From the NCBI GenBank assembly GCA_013239625.1, contig MU053379.1, positions 3,578,866 through 3,642,865 of the forward strand: a stretch of DNA of 64,000 nt, written 5' to 3'. Below are positions 62,113-64,000 of the stretch, one piece after another. Below the pieces are notes generated by a model. It searched no databases, was not told the origin of the DNA, and saw only the letters and a list, made by a program, of their open reading frames with translations. Position 1 is the first letter of the stretch. Every line of letters starts with the position of its first letter. The DNA comes from Lama guanicoe (Eukaryota). A program made the position numbers and the translations under genes.

Positions 62113-62779
62113 CAGTAACCTGTTTCTGCTCGCCTGATAGATTTGCCCTAAACCCTGGCGGTTGGTGCACATTTACGGCCAGCATGAGAAAAAAATCATG
62201 CATGAGAGAAAAATCATGCATGAGAAGAAAGCCGTGCACTACTGGTGCCAAGTGACGAGCCACTCTGGACCTGCTCCGTGACTAATGATGCCGGGCGGGG
62301 ATTTTCCTTCCTTTCCTGTTTCCTCTTTTTCCTGTAAACTCTCCAGCCAGATGCCTTGACCAGCCCCAGCCCCTCACACCTCCTTGGGAAGTTTGTGGCC
62401 CCTGCTTGCTTTTCCCTTTGAACAGTCTTCCCTGTTACCTTTTGCATCAATGTGAAAGCTGGGAGAATCGGATGGAGCCCACCTGCACACGCAGCGCCGC
62501 GATGCTGCTGTGAGCACTTCCGCTTTCTCACGCGCTGCCTGGTGCCTGCCTCTCCCGCCCGCCAGTCCTTTTTTCCCCTTGAAATGCACTCACAGTGCAT
62601 CACAGACATTCTCCACTGCCTCCCCAGACACTTCAGCGTGCGTATCCTTGAGATTTCAAAAATATTTATTTTTGGTTTCTTTTCTGTAAAGTAAAAATGT
62701 ACTTATGGTGAAATGCAGACTTCCTCTGTGTACCTTTCGTAAAGTTTTCTTTCCATTTGCCTTTGTCCACATTCAAATA

Positions 62780-63172
62780 TCCTCTCGTACTAAGTGAAAT
62801 TGGTCAGACAGAGAAAGACAGATCATATGACATCACTTACTTGTGGAACCTAAAAAAAGTGGTACAAATGAACTTGTTTACAAAACAGAAGGAGACTCAC
62901 AGACATAGAAAACAAACTTACAGTTACTGGGAGAAAGGGGATGGGAGGGACAAGTAAAGAGTTCGGGATTAACATATACACAGTACTTTATATAAATAGA
63001 CAAACAACAAGTCCCACTGCCCAGCACAGGGAACTGTAACACCTTGTAATAGTCTATAATGAAAAAGAATATGAAAAGGAATATATGTATACAAGTAAAT
63101 GCATAACTGAGTCACTCTGCTGTGCACCCGGAGCTGACGCAGCGCTGTAAATCAACTGAACTTCAATAAAAC
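62780..63172 (+). mobile_element. L1 3' end, artiodactyl type
   Basis: tactaagtgaa..tcagacagagaaagaca..tatgacatcactta..gtggaacctaaaaaa..tttacaaaacagaa..agactcacagacatagaaaacaaactta...tcaactgaacttcaataaaa. Confidence 0.9.
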
Positions 63173-64000
63173 AATCAGACCGCCATGCCTTCAACCCCGC
63201 AAGATCTCCTTCTGCTACTGCCCCGTATCTCTCACCCTCATCTTCACCCAGGCTCCGAATGCCCCCCCCACCTGCTTGCCCCCTTCTGGCTCCTTCCCCA
63301 CCCCTCCTGCTGTCTTCACGGACGCTGCCAACAACCTCCGATCCCCAAACCCAAAGGGTGTTTCCAGCGGTGACGTCCTCACACCCTCCGTGGCCGTGGA
63401 CACTGGCCTCTCCTCCCCTTGGCACACTGTCCTCTTGACCCTCAGGGGCTCGACTGCCGTGGTGACCCCCCGCCCTCTGCTGCCCGTTCTTTCTCTGCTG
63501 TGAGGTCACGTTCACCACCTTCTCCGCAATTAAGCACAAGATCTGCCTGGGGCTCCAGGCTGAGCCCCACTGTCCTCCCGCCTCTTCACCTCCCGAGATG
63601 CCCTCACCCACTCCCCTGGCTCCCGTGTCCACCTGCACAGGTGCGGCTCTCAGATCCAGGCTCCGGCTGGCGCCTTTCCTCCAGCGCTGGACCCGGTGCT
63701 CAGGTCAGCATCTCCTCTTGGTGGCGTGGAAGCCCCCGCGGTCTTCACATCCAAACCAAGCTCACAGTCTGTCCTCCTCACACGCACAGGGCCTCCTCAG
63801 GGGTCCCCAGCACACTGGGATGTTACCCAATGGCATTGCCTGTTAGAGCCACTCCATCCCCAGCTCTGTGATTTGCCTTCAGCAGCAACCATCTCTCGCC
63901 TTCTGCTTCTTGCCACTGCCGAGGTCAGGGCTCCTGCCGGTGCCCTCCCGCCGCCCCTCTCCACCAGGCAGCCACGCGCCTGGGCCTGGAGCTCCCCGGC

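Overview
Mammalian genomic DNA, most likely a camelid (camel/alpaca/llama), judged from five copies of a tRNA-derived Vic-1-like SINE and artiodactyl-type L1 3' ends. The only protein-coding gene I can support is NKX2-2 on the minus strand: two coding exons (9118-8860, 7951-7389), 273 aa, with TN/eh1 motif, NK2 homeodomain and NK2-SD; poly(A) signal at 6536-6541. It sits in a repeat-poor, CpG-island-rich block (about 1-20 kb). That block also holds a GLI/SOX/FOXA Hedgehog-response enhancer (~11.3-11.55 kb) and candidate distal alternative first exons/promoters (~17-18.4 kb). The rest (21-64 kb) is upstream gene desert (towards PAX1 by conserved synteny) with L1, MaLR/ERVL LTRs, MIR/L2, hAT MITEs, camelid SINEs, orphan CpG islands and AT-rich blocks that look like conserved non-coding elements. 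Most long ORFs in the track are GC-rich shadow ORFs. I found no convincing new protein-coding system. The best leads are regulatory or transposon-related: a dual acceptor/donor site that could toggle uORFs in the NKX2-2 leader, a SINE-L1-SINE composite resembling Pol III read-through transduction, a CCAAT/octamer-array solo LTR, and a divergent CTCF pair. Repeat boundaries and subfamily names were called by eye and are approximate.
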